Shown: positions 55,832 through 64,000 of the stretch, in pieces
How the letters are laid out: each line of letters starts with the position of its first letter
How positions within the stretch are numbered: the first letter of the stretch is position 1
Assembly (NCBI GenBank): GCA_030524585.1
Contig: JAUNGJ010000002.1
Location: forward strand, 20,406-84,405
Source of the DNA: Eubacteriales bacterium
GTDB lineage: Bacteria > Bacillota > Clostridia > Lachnospirales > Lachnospiraceae
Reading direction: 5' to 3'
Length of the DNA: 64,000 nucleotides
Notes under the pieces: generated by a model
Told to the model about the DNA's origin: nothing
The model's database searches: none
Seen by the model: the letters and a program-made list of their open reading frames with translations, nothing else
Program-made: the position numbers and the translations under genes

Positions 55832-57700
55832 ATGAAAGCATCAAACAGGAAGATTATGCTCTATATTGGAGGCATGACATGTATAAATTGCCAGAATAAA
55901 ATCGAAAAAACATTAAATAAAACCTATGGTGTGTGCAGTGCCAGGGTCAGTTACCGTGACGGCAGGGCTGAAATTGTCTATGATGAGAAAAAAATTTCCG
56001 TGCGGGAGATTAGGGAGACGATTGAAAGCCTGGACTATGAAGTCCTGGACAGACCGCAAAAGCAGGTGCCGGATATTATTCGTACGATATATCTGCTGGC
56101 GGTTATTCTTATGCTGTATGTGATTCTGCAGTCCCAGAACCTTCTGAACCGTCTGGTTCCAAGTCAGCTTGCTGACAGTAAAATGGGATATGGAATGCTG
56201 TTTATCATCGGTCTGATCACTTCGGTACACTGTATCGCCATGTGCGGCGGCATTAATCTTTCCCAGTGCATTCCCCAGTCTGAACAGGGAGAGGAGGGCG
56301 GCGGAAAGCTGTCGGCTTTTCGGGCTGCCTTTCTGTATAATCTGGGACGTGTAATTTCCTATACGGCAATTGGTTTTGTGCTGGGATTGCTGGGCATGAT
56401 AATCGGCGGTGACGCCCAGATCGGAATGGGGGAGATTTTGCAGGGTATTGTGAAAATCATTGCCGGTGTGTTTATGATAATTATGGGAATTAACCTGCTG
56501 GGACTCTTTCCGGGCCTGCGGAAATTTACCATACGGATGCCGCGGACTCTGGCCGTCAGGGTCGGAGTAGAGAGGGCAAAAAGTAACCGTCCATTTTATG
56601 TGGGAATTTTGAATGGATTTATGCCATGCGGGCCGCTGCAGGCCATGTGGATCGTGGCTCTTGGGACGACGAATCCGCTGGCAGGAGCGCTGTCTATGTT
56701 TCTGTTTAGTCTGGGAACGGTGCCGTTAATGCTGGGGCTGGGTTCTATAGTATCGGCGCTTGGAAAGAAATTTACGAAGAAGATGATGACGGCAGGCGCT
56801 GTTCTGGTGGTGGTGCTTGGCCTTGCGATGGTTTCTCAGGGATGTTCTCTAAGCGGCCTGTCTCCCGTCTGGGGCAGGCAGAAAAAAGCGGAGGCAGGTG
56901 AAGCCGGGGACGTATCCATTCAGAATACAGATGGTATCCAGGAGGTTCACAGCACACTGGAAATCGGTCGCTATCCCAACATTACTGTACAGAAGGGGAT
57001 TCCTGTGAAATGGATCATTGACGCCCCAGAAGGAAGCATCAATGGATGCAATTACAGAATGCGGATCCCGAATCTGAATCTGGAGCACACCTTCCAGGCC
57101 GGAGAAAATGTTATTGAATTTACACCGGAAGAAATCGGCACGATTCAATATAGCTGCTGGATGGGCATGATTCATGGCAGCATTTATGTGACCGACGATG
57201 GAACAGAGGCAGAGGATGTAACAGAAAGTAACGCAGTGGAACAGGAGGCGGCAGAAGCAGTTCCATCCGGATATTCCATTCCGACGGAGAACATTGCCGT
57301 TGCGTCCATGGGCGAAGACGAGCAGGGGAATCCCATTCAGAAAGTTGACGTAAGGCTGACGGATCAGGGATTTGAGCCTGCAATCGTGGTGGTGCAAAAG
57401 GAAATAAATGTAATCTGGAATATTACGGTGGAAAGGGAAGATGCTGATGGGGGAATTGATTTTCTTGCACCCATGTATTCCACGAAGCTGACGCTGGAAA
57501 GTGGAGAGAATCCCCTGTCGCTGTATCCAACGGAGGATTTTGATGTTGCTGTCGGCGATTATAAAGGATTTGCATATCTGAAGGTGGTGGACGATTTGAA
57601 TTATATAGATGAAACGGCCATTCGGGCGGAAGTGGCGGATTATGAGCCGCAGATTTACCCGGCGTCTATCTATGATACAGGTATGAGCTGCTGCAATTAA
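55832..57700 (+). CDS. Fusion protein: HMA metal-binding domain, DsbD_2/TauE-like membrane domain and two cupredoxin-like domains
   Basis: GMTCINC (HMA). TM core with SVHCIAMCGG and FMPCGPL. A cupredoxin-like domain with NGC...YSCWMGMIHG. Second beta-rich domain. C-terminal MSCCN. Confidence 0.7.
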   Translation: MKASNRKIMLYIGGMTCINCQNKIEKTLNKTYGVCSARVSYRDGRAEIVYDEKKISVREIRETIESLDYEVLDRPQKQVPDIIRTIYLLAVILMLYVILQSQNLLNRLVPSQLADSKMGYGMLFIIGLITSVHCIAMCGGINLSQCIPQSEQGEEGGGKLSAFRAAFLYNLGRVISYTAIGFVLGLLGMIIGGDAQIGMGEILQGIVKIIAGVFMIIMGINLLGLFPGLRKFTIRMPRTLAVRVGVERAKSNRPFYVGILNGFMPCGPLQAMWIVALGTTNPLAGALSMFLFSLGTVPLMLGLGSIVSALGKKFTKKMMTAGAVLVVVLGLAMVSQGCSLSGLSPVWGRQKKAEAGEAGDVSIQNTDGIQEVHSTLEIGRYPNITVQKGIPVKWIIDAPEGSINGCNYRMRIPNLNLEHTFQAGENVIEFTPEEIGTIQYSCWMGMIHGSIYVTDDGTEAEDVTESNAVEQEAAEAVPSGYSIPTENIAVASMGEDEQGNPIQKVDVRLTDQGFEPAIVVVQKEINVIWNITVEREDADGGIDFLAPMYSTKLTLESGENPLSLYPTEDFDVAVGDYKGFAYLKVVDDLNYIDETAIRAEVADYEPQIYPASIYDTGMSCCN

Positions 57701-57720
57701 ACTCAATTTTTATGAAGCTG

Positions 57721-57747
57721 CCCAAGTTTTCAGGCTTGGGTTGTTTG
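57721..57747 (+). terminator. Weak intrinsic terminator
   Basis: 6-bp stem CCCAAG/CTTGGG, 8-nt loop, then TTGTTTG. Confidence 0.45.
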
Positions 57748-57784
57748 CATTTCAGAAACGGGAAACAATGGATGGAGGATAAGT

Positions 57785-58483
57785 GTGGTTCAGACGGTTT
57801 TAATAGTGGAAGATGAGAGGATGGTTCGGGAGGCGGTGTCTTCTTATCTGCGGAAGCAGGGCTGTCAGGTTTTCTGGGCAGAGAATGGAAAAGATGCACT
57901 GGATATATTTAAAAAAGAGGCGGTCACTTTTGTAATCTTAGACTTGATGCTGCCGGATATGACCGGGGAAGAAATCTGTACCATCCTGCGGAAAAGATCA
58001 AGAGTGCCTATTATTATGCTGACAGCAAAGACTCAGGAGGAAGATATTCTAAATGGGCTTCGGATAGGAGCCGATGACTATATCACAAAGCCTTTTAGCT
58101 TAAAACAGTTATATGCCCGTATGGAAGTGATACTTCGCCGCACAGGAGATGAGCTGAAGCCGCTTTCGCAGAAATTCAGCTGGAATGCAGATGATCTGGT
58201 GGTGGATTTCGAGCACAGAGAGGTTTATAAGAAGGGAAAACCGCTTAATCTGACTCCCAGCGAATGGAAGATTCTGTCCGCCCTGATCCGGCATCCCCAG
58301 AAAGTGTATACCAGAGATGAGCTTATTGACCTGGTATTTGACTCGGATTTTAGCGGTTACAATCGGGTGATTGACACGCATATTAAGAATTTGCGCAAAA
58401 AGGTAGAGTGTAATCCAAAGTCGCCAGTCTACGTCCGAACGGTTCATGGTATCGGCTATAAGTTTGGGGGTGAAGAGGAATGA
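57785..58483 (+). CDS. OmpR-family response regulator
   Basis: Receiver domain (FVILDLMLPDM) plus a winged helix (VRTVHGIGYKF). GTG start 6 nt after a GGAGG SD. Confidence 0.9.
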   Translation: MVQTVLIVEDERMVREAVSSYLRKQGCQVFWAENGKDALDIFKKEAVTFVILDLMLPDMTGEEICTILRKRSRVPIIMLTAKTQEEDILNGLRIGADDYITKPFSLKQLYARMEVILRRTGDELKPLSQKFSWNADDLVVDFEHREVYKKGKPLNLTPSEWKILSALIRHPQKVYTRDELIDLVFDSDFSGYNRVIDTHIKNLRKKVECNPKSPVYVRTVHGIGYKFGGEEE

Positions 58484-59880
58484 AGCAGCACGGCCTTCGA
58501 AGCAGTATTATATTCCGTTTTGCTTTGATCGTGGTGGTGGTCATAGCAGTGGTCAGCGTGGCGTCGAACTTTCTGATCAACCGGCAGTTTGAACAGTATG
58601 TGGAAGAACAGCAGGGGGTTCGGGCGGCAGAAATGGCGCAGAATCTACCGTTCCAGTATGACAGTGCATCGGATACGTGGAATCTGGATTATGTGCATGG
58701 CATGGGAATGTATGCTCTGAATGAAGGGTATATTATAAAACTGTATGACAGGAGGGGAGAAGTCCTGTGGGATGCAGAGAATCATGATATGACCCTCTGC
58801 CATCAGGTTATGGCTGTGATTGAAAAGCGGATGCAGGAGGAGCGGCCTGATCTGAAAGGAGATTTTGTCACAAAGCGGTATGAGCTGACAGAAGGAGAGG
58901 AGCTGATTGGCTATCTGGATGTCAGCTATTATAGTCCCTACTATCTGAATGAAAATGCGTTTCAGTTTCTTTCGGCCCTGAACCGGATTCTGATAGCTGT
59001 AGGCGCGCTTTCTATAGTGGGGGCAATCTTTATGGGATTGCTGCTGGCAAATTATATCGCAAAGCCGATTTCCAGAACGGTAGAGATTACGAAGCAGATT
59101 TCGGCGGGAAAGTATAACATCCGATTTCAGGATGAAGTGGGAACGAGGGAGCTGTCAGAACTGGCACAGGCTGTAAATCAAATGGCAGAGAGTCTGGGGC
59201 AGCAGGAGGCAATGAGGAAACGCCTGACTTCGGACGTCGCCCACGAGCTTCGGACGCCGCTGGCGAATGTATCCTCCTATCTGGAGATGATGAGCGAAGA
59301 AGTGTGGGAGCCGACACCGGAACGGCTGGGTAATTGTTATGACGAACTGCAGAGGCTTTCGGGACTGGTAGCCGACCTGGAGAGGCTGCAGCAGGTAGAA
59401 AGTGAGAACCTGAAGCTGGATAAAAGGGAAGTTGATCTGCTGGAGCTTGCGGGTACTGTTGTCAGGCAGTTTGAGACCAGGCTTAAAGCAAAGCGACAGC
59501 GCTGCACCGTAGACGGAAGTCATGCGGCTGTGTGGGCAGATGAAAGCAGAATACAGCAGGTTATTACGAATCTGGTTTCTAACGCTATAGAATACACAGG
59601 AGAGGGCGGAAGTATTCAGATCCTGGTGGAAGATACCTGTGACTCGGGGATTCTCCGTGTCCGGGACAATGGAATCGGTATTAGTAAACAGGATTGCAAA
59701 CGGATCTTTGAACGGTTTTACCGTACGGACCAATCCCGCAGCCGGAAAAACGGCGGCGCCGGTATCGGGCTTACGATCGTAAAAACCATCGTTTGGGCCC
59801 ACGGGGGAAACGTGTCTGTAGAAAGCCGGCTGGGAGAGGGGAGCTGTTTTACCATAATATTGCCAAAAACCAAGATGTAA
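58480..59880 (+). CDS. Sensor histidine kinase (extracytoplasmic loop, HAMP, HisKA, HATPase)
   Basis: H-box VAHELRTPLA, N box NAIEYT, G boxes DNGIGI and GAGIGL. Overlaps the regulator gene. Confidence 0.9.
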   Translation: MKQHGLRSSIIFRFALIVVVVIAVVSVASNFLINRQFEQYVEEQQGVRAAEMAQNLPFQYDSASDTWNLDYVHGMGMYALNEGYIIKLYDRRGEVLWDAENHDMTLCHQVMAVIEKRMQEERPDLKGDFVTKRYELTEGEELIGYLDVSYYSPYYLNENAFQFLSALNRILIAVGALSIVGAIFMGLLLANYIAKPISRTVEITKQISAGKYNIRFQDEVGTRELSELAQAVNQMAESLGQQEAMRKRLTSDVAHELRTPLANVSSYLEMMSEEVWEPTPERLGNCYDELQRLSGLVADLERLQQVESENLKLDKREVDLLELAGTVVRQFETRLKAKRQRCTVDGSHAAVWADESRIQQVITNLVSNAIEYTGEGGSIQILVEDTCDSGILRVRDNGIGISKQDCKRIFERFYRTDQSRSRKNGGAGIGLTIVKTIVWAHGGNVSVESRLGEGSCFTIILPKTKM

Positions 59881-59886
59881 ATGCGG

Positions 59887-59915
59887 TTGACTTTTCTATA
59901 TATGCGTGATAGAAT
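59887..59915 (+). promoter_or_regulatory. Candidate sigma-A promoter
   Basis: TTGACT (59887-59892), 17-nt spacer, TGaTAGAAT (extended -10, hexamer at 59910-59915). Confidence 0.6.
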
Positions 59916-59954
59916 AAGCTTTAGCGAATAAAAGCGTTAAAGGGGTAAAGTAAA

Positions 59955-61589
59955 ATGCCGATTACAGAGATATTAGAAGAGAATTGTAGAAAATACGGAG
60001 AGGATATCTGTCTGGTGGAGATCAATCCGCAGCAGCCGGAGGACCGCCGGATTACATGGAAAGAATATGAACTGATGGAGCCGACCCCATTTGTGCATTA
60101 CCGAAGGGAAATTACCTGGAATGTATTTAATGAGAAGGCGAACCGTTTCGCCAATCTGCTCTTGAGCCGTGGAGTGAAAAAAGGGGATAAGGTGGCAATC
60201 CTGCTTATGAACTGTCTGGAATGGCTGCCGATTTACTTCGGAATATTAAAAACGGGAGCGTTGGCAGTGCCGCTTAACTTCCGCTATTCTGCCGAAGAGA
60301 TCGAGTATTGCGTGAATCTGTCCGATACGGACGTGCTGGTATTCGGACCGGAGTTCATTGGCCGTGTGGAGGAAATTGCGGATTCCATTTCAAGGAACCG
60401 GCTTCTGTTTTTCGTGGGAGACGGATGCCCGTCCTTTGCGGAGAGCTATGCACAGCAGACAGCAAACTGTTCTGGCACGTCGCCGGACATCAAACTGACG
60501 GATGAAGATGACGCGGCAATCTATTTTTCATCAGGAACGACAGGATTTCCCAAGGCGATTCTGCACAATCATGAGAGCCTGATGCATTCCTGCAGAGTGG
60601 AGCAGAATCACCACGGACAGACCAGAGATGATATTTTCCTGTGCATTCCGCCGTTATATCATACCGGCGCTAAGATGCACTGGTTCGGAAGTTTTTTGGT
60701 TGGTGCAAAGGCTGTTTTATTAAAGGGAACAAAGCCCAAATATATCATGGATGCCATTTCCGAGGAAAAATGTACCATTGTGTGGCTGCTGGTTCCGTGG
60801 GCACAGGACATTCTGGATGCGCTTGACCGCGGCGATTTGAAATTAGAAGATTATGAGCTTGACCAGTTAAGGCTTATGCATATCGGTGCACAGCCGGTAC
60901 CGCCAAGTCTGATCAAGCGCTGGAAGGAATATTTTCCGCATCATCAGTACGATACCAACTATGGTCTCAGCGAGTCTATCGGACCGGGAGCAGTGCATCT
61001 GGGCGTGGACAACATTCACAAGGTGGGAGCGATCGGCAAGGCCGGATATGGCTGGAAGACCAGAATTGTGGATGAGGATGGCAACGATGTGAAGCCGGGA
61101 GACGTTGGAGAACTGATCCTGCAGGGGCCTGGTGTAATGACCTGCTACTATAATGACGAGAAAGCGACGAAGGAATCTTTGAAGGATGGCTGGCTCTATA
61201 CCGGAGATATGGCGCAGGAGGATGAGGACGGATTTATTTTCCTGGTAGACCGGAAGAAGGATGTTATCATCAGCGGTGGTGAGAATCTGTATCCGGTGCA
61301 GATTGAAGATTTCTTCAGAGCGCACAGTGCGATTAAGGATATTGCGGTGATTGGTCTGCCGGATAAGCGGCTGGGTGAAATTGCAGCTGCAATCGTGGAG
61401 ATTAAGGAAGGCTATGAATGCAGCCAGGAAGAGCTGGAACGGTTCTGCAAAAAACTTCCCCGCTACAAACGCCCTCACAAATACATATTTGCAGAGGTAC
61501 CAAGGAATGCCACTGGTAAGATTGAGAAACCGAGACTTCGGGAAATTTACTGTGGCAGACGTCTGGTAGAGATGCAGAATAAAGGTTAG
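59955..61589 (+). CDS. AMP-dependent acyl-CoA synthetase/ligase
   Basis: Motifs YFSSGTTGFPKA, YGLSE and YTGDMAQEDEDGFIFLVDRKKDVIISGGENLYP. Confidence 0.88.
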   Translation: MPITEILEENCRKYGEDICLVEINPQQPEDRRITWKEYELMEPTPFVHYRREITWNVFNEKANRFANLLLSRGVKKGDKVAILLMNCLEWLPIYFGILKTGALAVPLNFRYSAEEIEYCVNLSDTDVLVFGPEFIGRVEEIADSISRNRLLFFVGDGCPSFAESYAQQTANCSGTSPDIKLTDEDDAAIYFSSGTTGFPKAILHNHESLMHSCRVEQNHHGQTRDDIFLCIPPLYHTGAKMHWFGSFLVGAKAVLLKGTKPKYIMDAISEEKCTIVWLLVPWAQDILDALDRGDLKLEDYELDQLRLMHIGAQPVPPSLIKRWKEYFPHHQYDTNYGLSESIGPGAVHLGVDNIHKVGAIGKAGYGWKTRIVDEDGNDVKPGDVGELILQGPGVMTCYYNDEKATKESLKDGWLYTGDMAQEDEDGFIFLVDRKKDVIISGGENLYPVQIEDFFRAHSAIKDIAVIGLPDKRLGEIAAAIVEIKEGYECSQEELERFCKKLPRYKRPHKYIFAEVPRNATGKIEKPRLREIYCGRRLVEMQNKG

Positions 61590-61629
61590 AATTTTGGCGG
61601 ATAATTTCTTAAAACTTTTCATAACTCAG

Positions 61630-61674
61630 ATAAGCTCTCTGCTTCCTTACGGAAACAGAGAGCTTATTTGTTTG
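61630..61674 (+). terminator. Intrinsic terminator between convergent genes
   Basis: Perfect 12-bp stem ATAAGCTCTCTG/CAGAGAGCTTAT, 14-nt loop, then TTGTTTG. Confidence 0.8.
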
Positions 61675-61686
61675 ACCTATTGAAAA

Positions 61687-62529
61687 TTACTGCTTATTTG
61701 CGAAAATATCCATATATTTTTCAACGACCTCAGACACATACTGCATTTGCTTTAGGGCAACGACGGACAGATGTGGCGTTTCATTTGCCAAAAGAGCCTT
61801 CGTGTGCTGTACGGTATAGTCAGAAATCTCTGTATTGACATTAATCTTGGCGATTCCATTACTGATACATTCTTTTACTTTTTCTTCCGGTGTTCCGCTT
61901 CCGCCATGAAGTACCAATGGTATATGCAGCGTCTCATTGATCGACTTAAGAATATCCACACGGATATTCGGAGTACCCTTGTATAATCCATGAACAGTTC
62001 CGATGGATACGGCCAGGGCATCTACACCGGTTTTTGCTGCAAATTCTTTGGCGGCATCCGGATTGGTATATACTTCTACATCATCTGCGGAGCCTTCGTG
62101 GGAAGCTTCGCCGGCCGCCAGACTTCCAAGCTCGGCTTCTACGCTGACGCCATTTGCGTGGGCAACCTCACATACCCGTTTGGTGTTGGCGACATTTTCC
62201 TCAAATGGAAGTGCTGAGCCGTCATACATGACAGAGGTGAAACCGCTGCGGATTGCCTGATAAATAATATCCAGATTGTTGCAGTGGTCTAAATGCAGAC
62301 ATACATCAATTTTACGGGTGCGGGCAGCGGCAGCGACGATTGCGCGAACCTCATCCAGAGTCATGTTGGCGAGGTATTTTTTGCCGAATGATACAATAAC
62401 CGGAGTTTCTTTCTCTTCAGCAGCCTGGAGAATTCCCTTTAGGGTTTCATAGTTATAAAAATTGAATGAACCAATTGCCTTTTTCTGCTGGTAGGCAGTC
62501 TGGAGCATGGCATTAAAGTTAGTGAGCAT
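61687..62529 (-). CDS. Class II ketose-bisphosphate (fructose/tagatose-1,6-bisphosphate) aldolase family protein
   Basis: Motifs CLHLDHC and VLHGGSG. ATG 62529 lies 7 nt after a GGAGG SD, which gives 280 aa. The track's 50-aa N-terminal extension is AT-rich and not credible. Confidence 0.85.
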   Translation of the reverse strand: MLTNFNAMLQTAYQQKKAIGSFNFYNYETLKGILQAAEEKETPVIVSFGKKYLANMTLDEVRAIVAAAARTRKIDVCLHLDHCNNLDIIYQAIRSGFTSVMYDGSALPFEENVANTKRVCEVAHANGVSVEAELGSLAAGEASHEGSADDVEVYTNPDAAKEFAAKTGVDALAVSIGTVHGLYKGTPNIRVDILKSINETLHIPLVLHGGSGTPEEKVKECISNGIAKINVNTEISDYTVQHTKALLANETPHLSVVALKQMQYVSEVVEKYMDIFANKQ

Positions 62530-62659
62530 AATAATTCCTCCCATACATAAAATCCTTTTATCAAAAATATAGCAAAAAATGGGGATTCGGTCAATAAATG
62601 TTATCTTATGGAACATAATCAGCTCAATAAAAATATTTTGAAAAAAGATGATAAAAAGC

Positions 62660-62687
62660 TTGCAATCATAGAAAATCATGTTATAAT
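62660..62687 (+). promoter_or_regulatory. Candidate sigma-A promoter of the rubrerythrin gene
   Basis: TTGCAA (62660-62665), 16-nt spacer, TGtTATAAT (hexamer at 62682-62687). Confidence 0.65.
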
Positions 62688-62689
62688 AA

Positions 62690-62704
62690 TAGTAACAGTT
62701 ACTA
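62690..62704. promoter_or_regulatory. 7-1-7 palindrome TAGTAAC-a-GTTACTA; Fur-family (PerR-like) operator candidate
   Basis: Perfect inverted repeat immediately downstream of the -10. It fits the TnnTAAn-n-nTTAnnA pattern of Fur/PerR/Zur boxes. Confidence 0.5.
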
Positions 62705-62743
62705 ATATTGATTTATCGCAAATTATCAAAGGAGGACAAACAT

Positions 62744-63283
62744 ATGGAATTAAAGGGAAGTAAAACAGAAGCGAATCTGAGGACGGCATTTGCAGGGGAG
62801 TCAGAGGCAAGGAACAAGTATACATACTATGCATCTAAGGCAAAGAAGGATGGGTATGTGCAGATTGCCAGCATTTTTGAAGAGACGGCAGCGAATGAGA
62901 AGGAGCATGCAAAGATGTGGTTCAAGCTTCTTCACGGGGGAGAGATACCGTCAACGATGGAGAATCTGGCGGATGCGGCAGCAGGCGAGAACTATGAGTG
63001 GACCGACATGTATGCAACATTTGCGAAAGAGGCAAAAGAAGAGGGCTTTGATCATATTGCCTATCTGTTTGAGCAGGTTGGAGAGATCGAGAAGGAGCAT
63101 GAGGCAAGATACAGAAAGCTGATTGCAAATATCGAAGGCGGTCTGGTATTCTCAAGAGAAGGTGACTGCATCTGGCAGTGCTCAAACTGCGGCCATATCG
63201 TGATCGGAAGGAAGGCTCCGGAAGTGTGTCCGGTTTGTGCACATCCGAAGGCATATTTCCAGATCAAGGCGGAGAACTATTAA
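62744..63283 (+). CDS. rbr: Rubrerythrin
   Basis: Di-iron motifs [10 protein letters not shown] and EKEHAKMW / EKEHEARY. C-terminal rubredoxin-like CSNCG...CPVC. ATG 62744 follows SD AAAGGAGGA. Confidence 0.92.
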   Translation: MELKGSKTEANLRTAFAGESEARNKYTYYASKAKKDGYVQIASIFEETAANEKEHAKMWFKLLHGGEIPSTMENLADAAAGENYEWTDMYATFAKEAKEEGFDHIAYLFEQVGEIEKEHEARYRKLIANIEGGLVFSREGDCIWQCSNCGHIVIGRKAPEVCPVCAHPKAYFQIKAENY

Positions 63284-63323
63284 AATAGAAGGATGTTTCT
63301 CTGAAATTAAGCAAATGATTCGG

Positions 63324-63358
63324 GAAAGCGGCAGTTTTATCTGTCGCTTTTTCTTTTG
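63324..63358 (+). terminator. Intrinsic terminator
   Basis: Stem GAAAGCGGCAG/CTGTCGCTTTT (one G-U pair), 6-nt loop, T-rich tail. Confidence 0.7.
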
Positions 63359-63413
63359 GCAGAGTATATAATAGGGAATAGAGCTTGGCAGAAAAAGAAA
63401 GGCGGAAACGATT

Positions 63414-64000
63414 ATGAAGATTATTATATCTCCTGCAAAGAAGATGAATATAGATACGGATACACTGCCAGTAAAGAAGCTGCCCCGGTTTCTGGATGAT
63501 GCCAAGGTACTGTGCCGGGAGATCCGGAAGCTGTCCTTTGAGGAAGCAAAACAATTATGGAAATGTAATGACAGGCTGGCAGAGTTAAATTATGAACGCT
63601 TCCGGAACATGAATCTGGAGCGTAGTCTTACCCCGGCGGTGCTTTCCTATGAAGGATTACAGTATCAGCATATGGCGCCCGGAGTATTCAGTGAAAGAGC
63701 CTTGGAATATATTGGTGAACATTTGAGAATTTTATCTGGCTTTTATGGAATGCTGGAGCCCTTTGACGGAGTGACGCCCTACCGTTTGGAGATGCAGGCG
63801 AAGCTGTCCGTAAGGGGAACCCAAAATCTGTATGATTACTGGGGCGACAGATTGTACCGTGAGCTTGTGAAAGAGAAGGATATGATTCTGAATCTGGCTT
63901 CAAAGGAGTATTCGAAGGTTATTGAAAAATACCTGGCGCCGGAGGATGGTTTTATTACGGTGGAATTTGGTGAGCTGATGGCTGGCAGAGTTAAGCAGAA
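63414..64000 (+). CDS. yaaA: YaaA-family peroxide-stress protein (UPF0246); 3' end lies outside the window
   Basis: My translation starts MKIIISPAKKMNIDTD...LSYEGLQYQHM...LRILSGFYGMLEPFDGVTPYRLEM. It is absent from the ORF track because there is no stop codon inside the window. Confidence 0.8.
   Translation, partial: MKIIISPAKKMNIDTDTLPVKKLPRFLDDAKVLCREIRKLSFEEAKQLWKCNDRLAELNYERFRNMNLERSLTPAVLSYEGLQYQHMAPGVFSERALEYIGEHLRILSGFYGMLEPFDGVTPYRLEMQAKLSVRGTQNLYDYWGDRLYRELVKEKDMILNLASKEYSKVIEKYLAPEDGFITVEFGELMAGRVKQ

Noticed and set aside
55743-55835. A 30-codon ORF (MEKTQKICTEPHKKHTFPCYAESQRRRQCE) whose TGA overlaps the ATG of the HMA-fusion gene (ATGA). It could be a Cys/His-rich upstream peptide.
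   Set aside because: The only SD-like sequence (AAGGAAG) ends 1-3 nt before its ATG, which is too close for efficient initiation. It spans the SD of the real gene. I cannot support it without conservation or ribosome-profiling data.
62530-62679. A 50-aa N-terminal extension of the aldolase ORF in the track (MIFYDCKLFIIFFQNIF...).
   Set aside because: The extension is an AT-rich intergenic translation. A GGAGG SD sits 7 nt before the internal ATG at 62529, and family members start at MLTNF-like sequences.
1-64000. Screen for CRISPR arrays, tRNA/rRNA genes, transposases, integrases, prophage genes or known anti-phage defence genes.
   Set aside because: I saw no repeat-spacer periodicity, no cloverleaf-like or rRNA-like segments, and no ORF with transposase, recombinase, phage or defence-type (nuclease-helicase, TIR, Sir2 and similar) signatures. 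The window appears to be core chromosome.

Overview
This window looks like chromosomal DNA from a spore-forming, anaerobic Firmicute, probably a Clostridia or Lachnospiraceae-like gut organism. Coding density is high, mostly on the + strand. I found no rRNA, tRNA, CRISPR array or mobile element. All product calls come from motifs I recognised by eye in the supplied translations; no database search was possible.

Gene order:
- 2-7288: two wall-anchored extracellular enzymes, a PHP-domain nuclease-like protein and a 5'-nucleotidase, flanking a YibE/F-like membrane protein.
- 7356-15368: a lipid-type cluster. It holds an acyl-CoA ligase and a CAT-fold acyltransferase, divergent from a 1454-aa fused activase/dehydratase-family protein that resembles a PlsA-PlsR plasmalogen synthase, plus a MerR regulator.
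- 15.6-20.2 kb: a hydrolase and several transporters.
- 20.3-24.9 kb: a Bce-type peptide-resistance module.
- 24.9-30.6 kb: a second two-component system, divergent from a CsbB/YfhO-type envelope glycosylation pair.
- 30.6-41.7 kb: assorted housekeeping genes, including a K+ channel, a Y-family polymerase with a YolD-like protein, TetR/DegV, a hypoxanthine-DNA glycosylase and a SleL-like cortex hydrolase.
- 41.8-55.7 kb: a ~14-kb sulfur amino-acid supercluster.
- 55.8-59.9 kb: an HMA/DsbD_2/cupredoxin fusion protein with its own two-component system.
- 59.9-64.0 kb: an acyl-CoA synthetase, an aldolase, rubrerythrin and yaaA.

The most interesting signal is an unannotated 49-codon ORF at 47798-47947. 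Fifteen of its 49 residues are Cys or Met. It has its own consensus promoter and is followed by an intrinsic terminator, with no room for another promoter before a cystine/methionine-type ABC importer operon. I read this as a candidate leader-peptide attenuator that senses sulfur amino acids. It sits next to a C39-like peptidase, a fused family-3/MetQ binding protein and shared CymR-like boxes.
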